A stretch of DNA of 55,349 bases, the filler included, from Catajapyx aquilonaris (Eukaryota), in assembly GCA_000934665.2 (NCBI GenBank). It is 3 parts of 3 records of this genome, joined end to end, with 100 filler letters (N's around TTAATTAATTAA, not from the genome) between each part and the next. Parts side by side here need not be neighbours in the genome. Positions count along the whole stretch, not along the records: positions 1 to 26,189 come from JYFJ02007767.1; positions 26,290 to 40,789 come from JYFJ02007769.1; 1 more part is not named here. One strand, 5' to 3'. The notes beneath the pieces are model-generated. The model saw only the letters and a list, made by a program, of their open reading frames with translations. It made no database searches and was not told the DNA's origin. Positions 25,648 to 38,900 of this stretch are shown here, piece after piece (the first letter of the stretch is position 1; each line of letters starts with the position of its first letter). The position numbers were made by a program, and so were the translations under genes.

Positions 25648-26189
25648 AGGGACACTCCACTCAAAATACAAGTTGGATTCTAAAAATCGGGCAAAAAATC
25701 CTGATTCCGAGGGTATAAGCAGTTTTCCTGAGAGACGAACGGTAAGGCCAGGACGAGCCGTCAAAGTTCGAAATTCGAATCTGGCGCAAAAGAGCAGCGC
25801 CTCTTCCGGGTATGGGCAGAAATAGTCTGAAATATTCAGGGTCCCCTACATGGTTGCCGGCACTCATGGAGGTTACCCTGATCTTTGGTGTGGTGTATTT
25901 TTCAAAGATGGCGGAATCCGACAGTCCACGTGCAGGTCCGAGTCACCTTTATCTTGACGGTACGGCGGCTGTTGCTGAGAGCGACGTACCAGCAGGGCTT
26001 CCCAGCCCAAGTCCGCACGGCCTCCTCCCGTACCAATTTGAGCCGTATTCAGCCCTGCTTGCCATTGGCGCATCAAATGTTCCTTTCGACACGGAAATGA
26101 AAAAAAAGTTCGACGATAACCCTCGTGGCTGACGTCATTGCTGCGGAGCCGACACACTACACAAAATGCACTATCGGTAGCACCGACAT
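25648..26189 (+). mobile_element. Kolobok-like transposon left end with KolX/P2X7-C-terminal-like ORF (truncated by gap)
   Basis: TTAA|AGGGACACTCCAC start; the ORF from ATG 25908 contains LLPYQFEP; TIGSTD is read just before the N-gap. Confidence 0.55.
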
Positions 26190-26289
26190 NNNNNNNNNNN
26201 NNNNNNNNNNNNNNNNNNNNNNNNNNNNNNNNNTTAATTAATTAANNNNNNNNNNNNNNNNNNNNNNNNNNNNNNNNNNNNNNNNNNNN
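26190..26289. other. Assembly gap with artificial TTAATTAATTAA linker
   Basis: N-run, TTAATTAATTAA, N-run; the same construct occurs at 40790-40889. Confidence 0.95.
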
Positions 26290-27552
26290 TTCGCCGATAC
26301 GTGAATTGCTTTTGTCGACGCGAATTCGCGGAAGGCTGTTTTTCGCTCGCTTTTGACGCTTTTTCGCGTATATGTGAATGAGCCTTTTTCAGTCAATAAA
26401 AAACGAGCCAAATTTATTGTGAGAAACCTGTGGGACAGACAGTAATGCCAACTGGCATGGATAACCTCCAAACTTTATACAGGGTGTTTCTTACTAATAG
26501 GCCAACCCGAAGTCAATGTATTCCCTGGGCCAAAACAAGTCGAAAATGTAGGGGGGAGAAATGTAGAGGGACCAACTGTTAATGAGGTAGATGACCAGAA
26601 ACCAAGGTGGATGTAGTTCGGTGGCTCCTCTCCCGTTTGTTTGTGCAGCACGTCAGCAAGGCAAAAGCGGGTTCAGATTTTCTCCGCCAGAGCGCACTTG
26701 CATCGACATTAGGTCCAGGCTGAGGCCCAGGCGTTGGTAAATATGTTAACTTCTCTACCTTCAGTCTATGGTTCTAGGCATGGTCAAGCGTCTGTGGTCT
26801 CAAAGATTAGAGAATAGAAGAGAGCCTATTCACTGTTCGTTGGGTGGTCGACCTAATGTCGGCAGATTTCTAAGCTGATTTCCCCTTCGAGAGGGGCTTC
26901 ACGAATAAGCAGCTATTTTGGCCTAAGTGGAGGCACCGCTGTAGCTCCACCGTGCCAGAAACATTTGCTGGTGGTTGCCTAGGGAGCAGGATATGAGCGG
27001 TGATAATCACTTTTGTGAAAGAGGTGACCTTGCAAATCCCAACAGTTACGATTATCATGCTCATATCCTGCTCCTTTGGCAACCACTGGGCAATGTTTCT
27101 GGTCATCTACTGTACCTCATAAATGGTTGGTCCCTCCACATTTCTCCCCCCTACATGTTTCGGCCCAAGGTATACACTGACAGCTGTTGGCCATTGAACA
27201 GATGTCTGATTATATTATCTGTACAGATTATCTACAGAACTTGCATATTCTCACAGCCCTGTACTTGCCCATACCATAACATTATTTTAGTACAGTACCA
27301 GAAGCATTCCAAAAAATTTGACCTTTTCAGTCTGGGGGTCATCTGGACAATACTGAATTATGGTTGAAATTTGTTTGCTGAGCTACTTCCCAGCTTATGC
27401 CACATTTGCACTCCCCTGATAAATAAGCATTCCGGTTTCTGACTTGCTGGGTGATATGCAGATGAGGCATCACTGATGGATTAATTAGCTGTCAAATTTA
27501 TTTCCATAAATAATAGAATTATATGATTTCTGATAACTTATTTGAATTGGGT

Positions 27553-28011
27553 GCACTATCGGCATGGAAATGGTCCCGACACTTGGGAGTAGGAGGGGGG
27601 ATTATGCCCGCCACCTATCAGGTACCCTAGATGGTGCTTGTGCAAGTCTGAGATTTATTACATTTTGAGAGAGAAAAGAGATGGGCAGGGTTGGGTGGGG
27701 GGGGGGGGGGNGGGGGGAAGTGGGAGGGTAGTTTATAGTTTTATTTTTTAAAGTTTTAATTTAGTTCATATGTGGGGTTAACTTGCATCTCCATTCATTG
27801 CTGACTACCCCTTATAGGGAAATGTTGTGATCAAGGTCGTGGTGGTGGTGGTGTTGTGGAGAGAAAGGTGTCCATGATCAGGACGCTTTTCTCTCAAATA
27901 GTAATAATAAATCTCAGACTTGCACAAGCATCGCCTAGCGCACTTGATTGGTGGCCGGCATAACCCTCAACCTATCCCCAAGTGTTCGGGTCATTTCCAT
28001 ACTGATAGTAC
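27553..28011. mobile_element. Fold-back MITE
   Basis: About 120-bp inverted arms including GCTTGTGCAAGTCTGAGATTTATTA / TAATAAATCTCAGACTTGCACAAGC. Confidence 0.7.
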
Positions 28012-29943
28012 TATATCGCCCAAAAAGATAGAGACGATTTTGCATTTGACTCAAGTGCAACTTGCACTTGAATCAAATGCCAATCGTCTCTATCTTTTTG
28101 AGCGATATAGTACATATGCGATTCTCTTTAAATCAATCGCTCAGAGCGGTTATAATTTCCAAAATGGCAGAGTAGTCCAGTCAAAAGTGCATGCTGTCAG
28201 ATGGACCCCTGCTTTAGCGCTGTCCATTCGGCAGCCTACACCTTGCTCATTACAATGCAGGGGTGGGATTTGTTTAGACTCAAGTATCCTAAGGGAAGCA
28301 ATAGGGACCAGATAGGAAACTTATGGCGACAGCCCAAAAGGGCATTCCTGGACTGAAAGGGTTAAACAGTTGGTCAACCTTCTACAACCTCCCTGAAATT
28401 GGTGGAACAGTTCAGGGAGCCGAGATAGCCACTTTTAATGAAGATCAAAAGTATTTGTTGACCCTAAAAATGGAAGTACAGGTGGCAACACATTTGGTCA
28501 CCCAGGGCATCTGAGGTCACGACTAAGTGGTCAGCAAATGAGTGCTTTAATATCTGGGCAACATCAGGTATCCCGCTAGTTATTGATGAGTGATGACAAT
28601 CAGCAGTTCCCTGAATTTTAGCTGCTTTGCCCACTTTATGAGTGGAAATAACCAGTGTGTGGGCCATCTGAGTTGGGGTAAAGTTATCTGTCCTGAAAAG
28701 AGTGTGGAGACAATATGGGAGACTGCTACAATTTTGCAAGTAGTTTTTTTTCCACCTTTCCTGCCAAGATGCTATTTGCCAGCACTGGTTCAGCTGACCC
28801 TTAGGTGTTCACATCATGTTCAGGTGGCTCTCCCTTTATCCTGAAAATATTTTGTTCTATGTTTTAGGTTCCATTACATATGCCTCTTCCTCAAAATAAT
28901 TGGGCCACCTTGGAAATTGCTGCCTGACATGAGAAAATGTGTCCATCTATGCATCAAAATCTATGTTGATTTAATAACAGTGGTTAAACATGGGAATGTG
29001 AGAATGTGACTCTTCCACTTCTTCGATACCAACATTTGAACACTTTGCACACTCACCACCAAATTTACCAACACAAATGGAATGTACCCACCATGTAGCA
29101 TGTACTCCTATATTACATTGTGTTTCTAAATCAGGGTTGTGTTGTGCTTTTTTCTTAGGCCATGCTGCCAACACTGAGGGGTGAGCCAGCAGCATCTAGG
29201 CCTGCAGAATGTGAGGAATTTGAAGAAGAGGAAGAGGAGGAGGAGGAGGAGGAGGACAGAGAGGAGGAAGAAGATCTGAAGGAAAAGGAAGAAGGGAAGG
29301 GTGGACTGTCTTCAGAGGAAGTAGTGTCAACTACTGACGACTATATAGAAGTAGTTCTCAGTGATTCAGAGGGCCCAGAGAGTCTGAAAGTGCACCCTCC
29401 CAACCATGTAGAGGTAGAAAGCTCACCATCAGACACACAGCAGAGATTTTCAGAGTTCAATGAACCTATCCTTTCATCTTCAGGCCACCTGATAACATCA
29501 AAATTGTTTGAGGACATATGGGATTATCTGAATAGGAAAGGGGGTACCAAGGAAAAATAACCAAGTGGCAGAATCTTGGGGCAAGGGCACTGGTACCTAA
29601 ATGACTAACACTTTTCCAAAAAAATCAGTGGTCCGAATAGTTTCTCATGGAAACCTTGGTCTGTGTATAGAAAGAACTGGTAGCTTTTACTGAAATTTTA
29701 AAGGATAGAGCCAGAAAGCCACAGAAAAATGAGTAAAACAATATTGAAACATCACATGAAAGTGTACATAATATATTATCTCAACTGTCCTGTGACGGGC
29801 CACTTTTCTTCTTATGAGACTTAATAAAACAACCCCTGAAGGCTTCTATGGCCCTACATGATGTGTGGATAAGAAACTGTGAAGGGGATATATTTTTGAA
29901 AGTACTTATTTTTTTGTGAAAAAAAATAAATTCATTACCCACT

Positions 29944-32900
29944 ATGACCACAAGAGTAATTGCACTAGTTGATATGGACTGCTTCTATGTACAAGTAGAG
30001 GAGCGTGCAAACCCATCCTTGCTCAGCAAGCCTGCTGCAGTTGTACAGTACAAGACGTATCGAGGTGGAGGTATAATTGCATGCAATTATGAAGCTCGTG
30101 CTGCAGGTATCAAAAGAGGCATGCATGGAGATGAAGCCTTATTGAAATGCCCAGACATTGCTCTAGTGCGTGTTCCTGTAGCAAGAGGGAAAGCTGACTT
30201 GACACGATATAGAGATGCTGGCAAGGAAGTTATTGATGTGTTGAGTGACTACTGCTGTTGTGTTGAAAGAGCTAGTGTTGATGAAGCTTATTTAGATTTG
30301 ACTGAAGAAGTTGAGATGCGTTTGAGAGGGTGCCTTAAAGTAAAGGATTTGCCTTCGACCAGTGTTGTGGGGTGTGAAACAAAAGAGTGGCTAAAGGCTG
30401 TGGTTGGAGGTGAGGCAACAGAGGACACACCTGACATGAAATTGGCTATTGGGGCAGCCATTACTGAGGAGATACGCCATGCAGTTGAAGAGCACACCAA
30501 ATTTCATTGTTCAGCTGGAATAGCTCACAATAAGGTGTTGGCTAAGCTTGCATGTGGCATGCACAAGCCGAACCAGCAGACAGTGCTTCCTCAAGCATCA
30601 GTGATGGGATTGTATGCAACATTGCCCATCAAGAGGGTGAGGGGACTGGGTGGGAAGTTGGGAGACATGCTAGAGGAGAGACTTGGATGCAAGGTCATGG
30701 CAGATCTGGCTGGTTGCAGTCAGGAGCAGTTGTATGCCTTTTGTGATCAGAAGACTAGGTATGTCATTTATTGCATTAAAGAGAAACATTAACAGAGCTG
30801 TACCAAATCATCCTACTTTTATCATTGGTGTTAATGCCATTTTGTTTTCGTTGCATTGAAGAACTAACTTGATCCATTATGCAGGTGGAAATAGGGGAAG
30901 CTGGTTATCAGCAGCAGTTGCATGTTGATAGGAAATTGTTACCAGTGTTAGCTGTAGACACTTTTGCTGCTGCTGACCATTCTTTCACGCTGCCACTGGC
31001 ATGCTGAGATATTGTCTGCAGATCCTAATTGGATGGTGTTATGCAATAATGAGTCAACCCATATGAGAACAGTTTTGCAAAAAAGGGCTTGAAGGTCATA
31101 CCTGTGAAATTAATTCAGTGTTCTTTTCAGTCATTTATGGCAGAAGTATGCAGATTTCGCCACCTTGATTTTAACTGAATGAACCTTTGGGTGTATGTTC
31201 CTGGGCTTAACTCAATATTTACAATTTTATGGGTTGACCCATTATTGCATAACACCGTCCAAATTTTCAGTTGTCCTATTTTTTTCTCATCAAATCATGA
31301 CAGGTGCAATGAGTGTTAAACAATTTTTGTTATTATTTTTCAAGCAATAGTAAATTGTAATTTTTTTGCCTCACTAATTCCTCACTAAAATGAGATATTT
31401 AATGCAGTTAATGATTTTTGCAATACTGGTTGCACATGTTCAAATGGGGTAATGCAATGAGAGGGTACAATTTTGGACACTTTCATACCGTAGTTCCAGT
31501 TTTAATGAACAATTGTCATATCAAAAAAATCAGTTACAATCTATGATTGCTTGAAAACTGAAGCAACCTTGAGAAGCATGCCAGACAAATTTTCTGAAAT
31601 CATCGTACTCTGCGAGAAACAAATGAATACTTATTTGTGGCTTTTTACCAGTTTGGAAAACTCCAAAATTGATTTACTTCTCGCGAAGTACGACGATTTC
31701 AGCATTCGTCTCATATGGTTCTCAAGGTTGTTGTTCCGTATATTTAGCATATTTCATAATTAAATCAACCTGACAGTTACTGGTAGTCCTCTAATTTCCT
31801 GTTTTTAAGGCGGTCTTTTTGGAAATTAATTTAGGGACTTCTAGAGAGGAGTAAAATTGTTTGCAACACATTCATAGTGTTTTCCATGAATGGGTAAATA
31901 TAGCTGCTATTATTTGTAAAATATCTTGTCTTAATCTTCAGAGTACGTAGGTGTAAGCTCAGATCTAGGCGGTTTTGGCTTAACTGGTAGCGAAGGAGTG
32001 AAAGGGTCCTAGAGCTAAAAAAAAAATGCTAAATTCATATTAATGAAAGTAGCTTTAGCTCCCACTAATTTTTCTAGCTGCTTAGCGTTAGTGATTTAGC
32101 GAAGTCAACGGTTTTAGTTAGCGGATTAGAGAAGCTAAACTTTCGGTTAGCTGTGCCCACCACTGCTTATTATAAACTAACCTGAAGGGTGGATGTAAAT
32201 GATTTGGGTTTGGTGGCCGCTGTGCTAGGGAAGCACTCTGTAGAATCATGACTTGACTAAGCTTAAATGAACTTATGTAATTCAACTGGGCTTTTCCACA
32301 ATGTACCAAATATCTGCCAAATAATATTGTGCAACATAATCTACAAACCCCCAAACATTTGCAATAAACAATGTCTTTCTTGTAGTGCATGGCTTCGTAA
32401 CCTGGGAAAAGGCATTGACAACGAACCAGTAACTGCTCGTCAGCTTCCAAAGTCAATTGGGTGTGGCAAGAATTTTCGGGGCAAAGAGGCATTGGATTCA
32501 AAAGGGAAGGTGCGCCACTGGATGAGGCAGCTAGCTGAAGAGATAGCAGAGAGGCTGCAGAAGGATGAAGAAGCTGTAAGTCATTTCTTTACTATCTGAT
32601 TGGATGCACAAATAACATGCTGTTTTAAAAATTTACTTTTAGCACAAGCGGCGGGCCAAACTTATAACTGTTCATATTGGGCAGTCAGATGGAGCTGAAA
32701 ATTACAACTCATTTTCAAAGAGTGGCCCCATCACCTCTTCATTATCAGGTCATATATATAATGCAGCCCTTAATCTCATTGGAATGACTGGAGAAGGAAA
32801 CAACCAGGAAACATTGTAAGTGGTTGTAAAAGTAAGCCTGATGTAAGGGGACAGGCTGAGATGAACATCTCTCATATTATTTGCTTGTCACTTTAATGCT

Positions 32901-35900
32901 CTACACACAAGGTCATAACCATATAATACAAGGTGGACGGAAAGTTTCTCCCCTCTTATGAATTAACACTGCCACTAACTCAAACAAAATCTATATCTAT
33001 GGATACATTTGTGGGCATTTCTGCATAGTACCAGTATTTTGTATACCACCTGTTATTGTCAAGTCACATCTGAACTCTCAGAGTGAAACTCATGGCAAGG
33101 GACCGAAGCAGTGGTAGCGGAGGGGATATGGTATCCGACTGCTAATCGGGAGGTCCTGGGTTCGAACCCGGTGGCCGCCGACCCTGACCGTGGTTTTCTG
33201 TGGTATTCCATGGTCCCACCAGGACAATTCCGGGGTCGTGTCCGTAATTATAGGCCACAGCCGCTTCCTTCCGTCTCTATCCCATCCCCAATAAGGAAAA
33301 AGTACAAGTGCAAGAAAGAGTTCCAGACAGAAAAAAATATGGTGGTATCCCACCCCTCTAAGAGAGCCCATGGCTCTAGCATGGGGTACAAATTATTATT
33401 ATTATTATTAAAAACTCATGGCAAGGGCAGCAGTCTCCTCTTGGGTAATTTCCCCCCATTCCTCTTGCACTCTTTGGATGAGCTGTTCCCTGTTCCTTGG
33501 CCTGTGCTCTTTGAATGCACTATTTTGCAGTCTTGCCCATAGATGGTCGATATTTTTAGTGGCAGGCTTGCAGAGTCAGCCTTCTTCATACACTAATGTT
33601 TAGTGCAGCTTATTGACAGCACCACTTCTGCCTTTATGCAGGCTTAAGAAGAAAGGAACTGGGGGGAAATGGTGGATGGGTATGTGGAGCAGAAGTGACC
33701 AGCAGTAGCTTCTCTGTAGCATTTAGAACTCTATCACTGATCATGACAACAGAGTAAGTGAACTGTGACATTAGGGGAGAAACTTTCCGTCCACCCTGTA
33801 TTAACACAGAAATGAATTGATACGCAGCAGCCTAACCCTCACTAGTGAAACTGGCAGTCCTTCACTTTTACAAAAAATTCAGTCTCAGTAGATTCAATTT
33901 TGCCACCTAGGGCAGGAATTTGGCACTCCCATCCCAGTAAAATCCTGTTCCATAAACTGGCATTACACGAAGTGCTCACACAATGTCACTCAAGACCAAA
34001 AAAAAAAAAAAAAAATCCCATAAGAGTTGCATGTCATTTTTAAGCATTTTTGAAATTGAAATCTGCCCAGAGGCAATTTATCAATTTCTGCACAGGTGGC
34101 TAAAATAGGTCAATTTTGTGGAAATTTCATGGGAAAGTGAAGAAAGGAGTGAACATGTGATTGGTGAGTGGTTTATTGCTGCTCCAGCAATTCAAGTAAC
34201 GAGTAACGAGTAGAAGCTCCACATTACTCGCTGGCACCCCATATACGAGGTGTGATCGAAAAGTTCCCGGACTGTGTTCATAAAAACATTAATATTTACT
34301 TTAAGTCCTAATTTCCACTGCCACCTTCAAAGTAGTCACCTTGGGCACGTATACAACAATTCCAGCGAATTTCTCATTTTTGGAAGCACCAAAAAAAAAT
34401 TGGTCAACAGTAGTGTGTTCAACACCTGCTGCGATTTTGCTTAGACCTCTTTAGTGGAGTCAAAATGCCTCCTTTTCTACCCAAATTTCATTTTAGGGAA
34501 GAGGTAGAAATCACATAGTGCCAGGACAAACGAACAGTCAGGGTGGGGAACAGTGGTCATGTTATTTTTTATCAGGAAGTCCCTGACTACGCGTGAGGTG
34601 AGTGCAGGCAGCATTGTCATGGTGCAGCAAGCCAGCAACCAGTCTCTGTTCTTCCATATCCCCGGCCAATTGGGCCTAAATCGTCTCAAACCATCGCAGT
34701 AAGACTTGCCGTTGACAGTTTTATCAGGAGGGAGAAACTCCATATGCACAATTCCTAAAATGTCAAAGAAAATGATCAGCATTGAGTTGATTTTGCCGAG
34801 CACTTGGCGAGCCACCTTTGAAGCTGTTAAACCACTCATATGTTATTGCTTGTCTTACAACTTGTTCATCAAAAGCCTTGTTCAGCATTCGGTAGGTTGC
34901 ATCCAAAGTTTTGTTGAGCTAGAAGCAAAATTTAATGCAAATCTTTTGCTCCCTAACGTCAGCTATTTCGAAAAATCGCAGAAGCACAACAACACGGTGT
35001 CAAGAAAACTGCCGAAACTCGGAAACATGTGCACCTATGAAGACGAGATTTTTCAGACTAATAGATGAAAGGTGCACCTAGCGCCCCCTAACGTCACAAG
35101 TTCGTAGCTCCACTGGTTTGCACGGTATATCGACAGTCCGGGAACTTTTTGATCACACCTCGTATTTGGGAAACGCCATGATGGATATGTATACAGTATA
35201 GTGTAGTATATGTGGTGCGTATGAAAAGTTCGGTGGATGTTACAATAAAAGCAACAAAACAGAAGGTACATAGGAATTACCTGTATTGCCCTTCAAAGTG
35301 CTCTCCATCAGACAACACATTTTTGAAACCTTTCGTAAAGCTTCTGAAAAGAGAAAAAGTTCTCTTTGGACCCCCATCCGGATCTGTTGTCATCCAGGCC
35401 TGAATCTCCACGACGTCCACAAAACGTGATCCCTTCTTGAATCCTTTAAGGCTCAGTGTGTTATTATCAGTTTTGGATCACCCACTGTACTCCCTTGACC
35501 TTTCACCTGCACACTTTTTTTTTTTGTTTTGTTTAATAGCCTTTAATTAAGGGATCACGCTTTGCAGATGTTCAGACCCGTGCAGGGCCATGTGACAACA
35601 GATCTGGAGGGGGGTCCAAAGATAAATTTTTCTAGCTGTTCTCAGAAGCGTTATGAACAATTTCAAAAGTGTGGTGTTTAACCCTCTGGCCGCCGTGTCC
35701 CACCAGGTGGGATTTGGCCGTCCTTGAATTTTCAAGAATTTTTTGCGGAAATTCTATAAGGCGTAAATGAATGCGGTTTTCAGCATATTCACAAGCAAGC
35801 CATGGGGAACCCTCCACAAAAATTACATGCTAGAGTGTTTCGTCTGACATTACGATATGACGTCATCCTCGGGCGGCCATATTGGCAAGAGTTCTATGTG

Positions 35901-38900
35901 CAATGATAGAGATTGTATGAAACCTAGCTCAATTCTGGGAATTTAGCAGTTAATTAGATAGGTTTCTAAGCTATATTTTGCATAGAATAATTCTTTGAAC
36001 ACGTAGGCCCGTATTCATAATGCACATTCTCAACCCGGGGTTGAGTAACCCCGGGTTGAGAGCGGGTTGGGGTTAACCCCGGGGTTGAGCCCGATCCGTA
36101 TGCATAATGTCGAACATCCGCGGGGTTGAGTCGACTCCGCGTTCCAACCCCCGGGCTTACCAGGCTTGGAAACAGGCGTCCCTTTCGTGACGTCACACTA
36201 CCCTATACAGTACCGTATCGGACGCGGCGCTAGCACTCTCACGCAGACGGGTCGCGAAACGGCCCTGTGCTTGGCAAATGAGTGAAAATCACTGATGACT
36301 AATTTACTATTTAATTTCGAACGGTGGAATTTTCGTCATACTGCTAGTTACTGCTAAGTTACAAGTAACTATAGTAGTACGACAAAAATTTCACCCTAAC
36401 TTACTACTAACTACGCTACTAATTTCCACTGGTACAATCTTGTACGACCATAATTACGTTGCCGCATAGCTCTGCTACATATACGCAAATGTGTAATTAA
36501 TACGAAGAGCTAATAACTTTTGTTAATACCCAATGACATTAAAATATATCATTGCTGCAGTAGACTTGGCCACTTTTGATCTCAGACCCGCCATCACTAG
36601 CCATTATTGTTACCCAACTTTGCAGTATATTGTAAAATATACGCCTGTAAATGAGCTGACTATTGGACCAAATAGCAAGTGATGACCATCTATTGTACCG
36701 AATAAGCTATAATAATAATAATAATGGATACCCCGTGATAAGCCTCCTTGGGGTTTTTAGGGGATCATATTTTTAATTAACCGACTTTAATCATTGCCTT
36801 TGCTGTGATGGATTTTGATAGTGGGAGGAAACGGGAGAGCCCCGAGAAAACCCACGCTAACACGGAGAGAACCCATCGAAACTCTATTCACATAAAGTAT
36901 CCTCTGTCCGATCGGAGATCGAACTCGGGACCTTAGAGGTGGAAGGCTGCGGCGCTAACCACTCCGCCACCGTGTCGCCCCGCTGAGGTCAGATTTTGGG
37001 TGAGGAGCAACAGTGATAATTATTTTGTATTTAGATTTGGTTCATGGCGGGGTGGTACGAGACCAAGAGCTAATGACGAGACGCATTCTTTTGCTACAAA
37101 AATTGTGTAAGGTATACTGTACATGAGTACATCAGAGTACTAATGTAGTCTACGAACTACAGGGCGTCCCAAGTTCAAGTGACGATATAACAGTTATAAA
37201 TAGCAGTGATTTGCGCCATTCATGTAGCAACTACATCAGCGTCATCGAAAATATTAGCTGCCAGAGGGACCCGTCGCGTCGTCGTACACCTCCATCGGGT
37301 TCTCCCGGTCCCTCAGACACACGCGTCGGAGGTCTAGCCGCTTCAGAACGGCATGAATTTCGACCCCTTCCGCCATTTGAAATCGACCTCAACCGCGAGT
37401 TCAGAACTGAACCCTGGTCGAGGACCGGGGTCAGCTCCCCCGCCTCCCCGCCCGACTCAACCCCGGATCGCGGGGTTTCAAGGCCATTATGAATACGAAC
37501 CCGGGGTCAACTCCGCCTCAACCCCGGGTTCAACGCCGACCCCGCGTCAGAATTCCATTATGAATACGGGCCGTATACTTCACCACTACATTTTTTCTGA
37601 CCTCCAAGTAGCTGCATAGTTATATAGTGATAGCTGTTATGCTATGCATGGCCTAGACTGTGGGAGCGGTGCAGTAGATCTGGCAGGAACAGCCTTTCAA
37701 TGCGGTTTGAATGATATGGCCAGCATGGGGCTAACACTTCGGGTTGGTGAGAGATGGAATTTTTTAAATACACGATTGCGTTATTAATGAGTCATTGATG
37801 AGTCATGCGGGGGAGGCGGCCGCGGCCAGAGGGTTCATGGAGAGCACTTTGAAGGCCAATAAAGGTAATTCCTATGTACTGTCTGTTTTGTAGCTTTTAT
37901 TGTAACATTCACCGAACTTTTCAGACGCACCACGTATGTATAATTTGCTTTTATCTTGCAGGACAAACCTGATGCATATTTTGGCATACACTCACTCTGA
38001 TATACACTGTAATTTTTGAGGGCTAGTCAAAACACATTGAGACTGATTTTTTATGTGTGAGACAGAATTAGTTCATGATTCGAGGTGAGTGGAATCATGT
38101 AAAGCATATTTTGGAGTATTAGAACACCAATTCCTGTTCAAATATTTCATGATCTCAGGTGATGGTGACACCGGAAGTAGACCTAGGTTCACATTTGCTC
38201 TGCTAGTGTCAAGATGGAGGATGGCCTTGAGGATCAATATTAAGCATCGAAGTTTTGCTTCCATTTGAAGCAAGCAGCCACAGAGGCGTACGACATGCTA
38301 AGAGTAGCCTATGGGGACAAAGTGTTCCACAGCATTCCAGGGGTACAAAGCATTCGGATAGAATCTGCAGTCAGCTTTCAAAAAGACAGGTATGCAGACT
38401 CCCAAGTTCTGACAGAGGGAATCATTAACACCTGTGCAGTGATTGACCGGGAAGATCGCCGCATAATTGTTGATGACCTTTCCAGAATGTGTGGCAGCTT
38501 CTGTGGTAGGGCTCACATGATTTTGCATTGACCATTTGCACATGCAACGCGTTTGCACCCGATGCAATGAGTCCCCAGGCTGTTGACTCCAGAGCAAAAG
38601 CAGATGAGAGTGGAGGAGTTGCAAACTCTTGTGGCCTGACATGGTGACTGGTATCTGCTATCCATAATCTTAGCATGTCATACACCTCAATGACGATTTT
38701 CTTCAAAATGAAGATAAACCTCAACTCTGAATATTGTTCTTCACGGCCAACCCCCATCTTGACACTGGTGGAGTGGAGGCGAATATGAACATAGGTCTGC
38801 TTCTGGTGTCACTGTCACCTGGGATCGCAGAATATTCGAATAGATATGATTCCACTCCCCCCAAGTCATGAACTAAATTCTCTCTCTCACATAAGGCAAG

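Larger units (their letters stand above)
35682..37833. mobile_element. piggyBac-like non-autonomous element (second layer)
   Basis: TTAA|CCCTCTGGCCGC ... GCGGCCAGAGGG|TTCA; the right TSD has one mismatch to TTAA. Confidence 0.7.
35211..37934. mobile_element. Mariner-derived MITE (outer layer of nest)
   Basis: About 100-bp TIRs (T/C)GTGGTGCGT(A/C)TGAAAAGTTCGGTG...CTTCAAAGTGCTCTCCAT with TA TSD; internal YSLDLSP- and KGSRF-like transposase scraps. Confidence 0.85.

Noticed and set aside
26234..26245. TTAATTAATTAA palindrome within an N-run (also 40834-40845)
   Set aside because: An identical insert centred in two equal-length gaps is a scaffolding linker, not biology.
30759..30792. Pol eta ending at 30792 as a 282-aa truncated protein
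   Set aside because: The ORF runs through a GT donor at 30759; downstream exons complete the gene.
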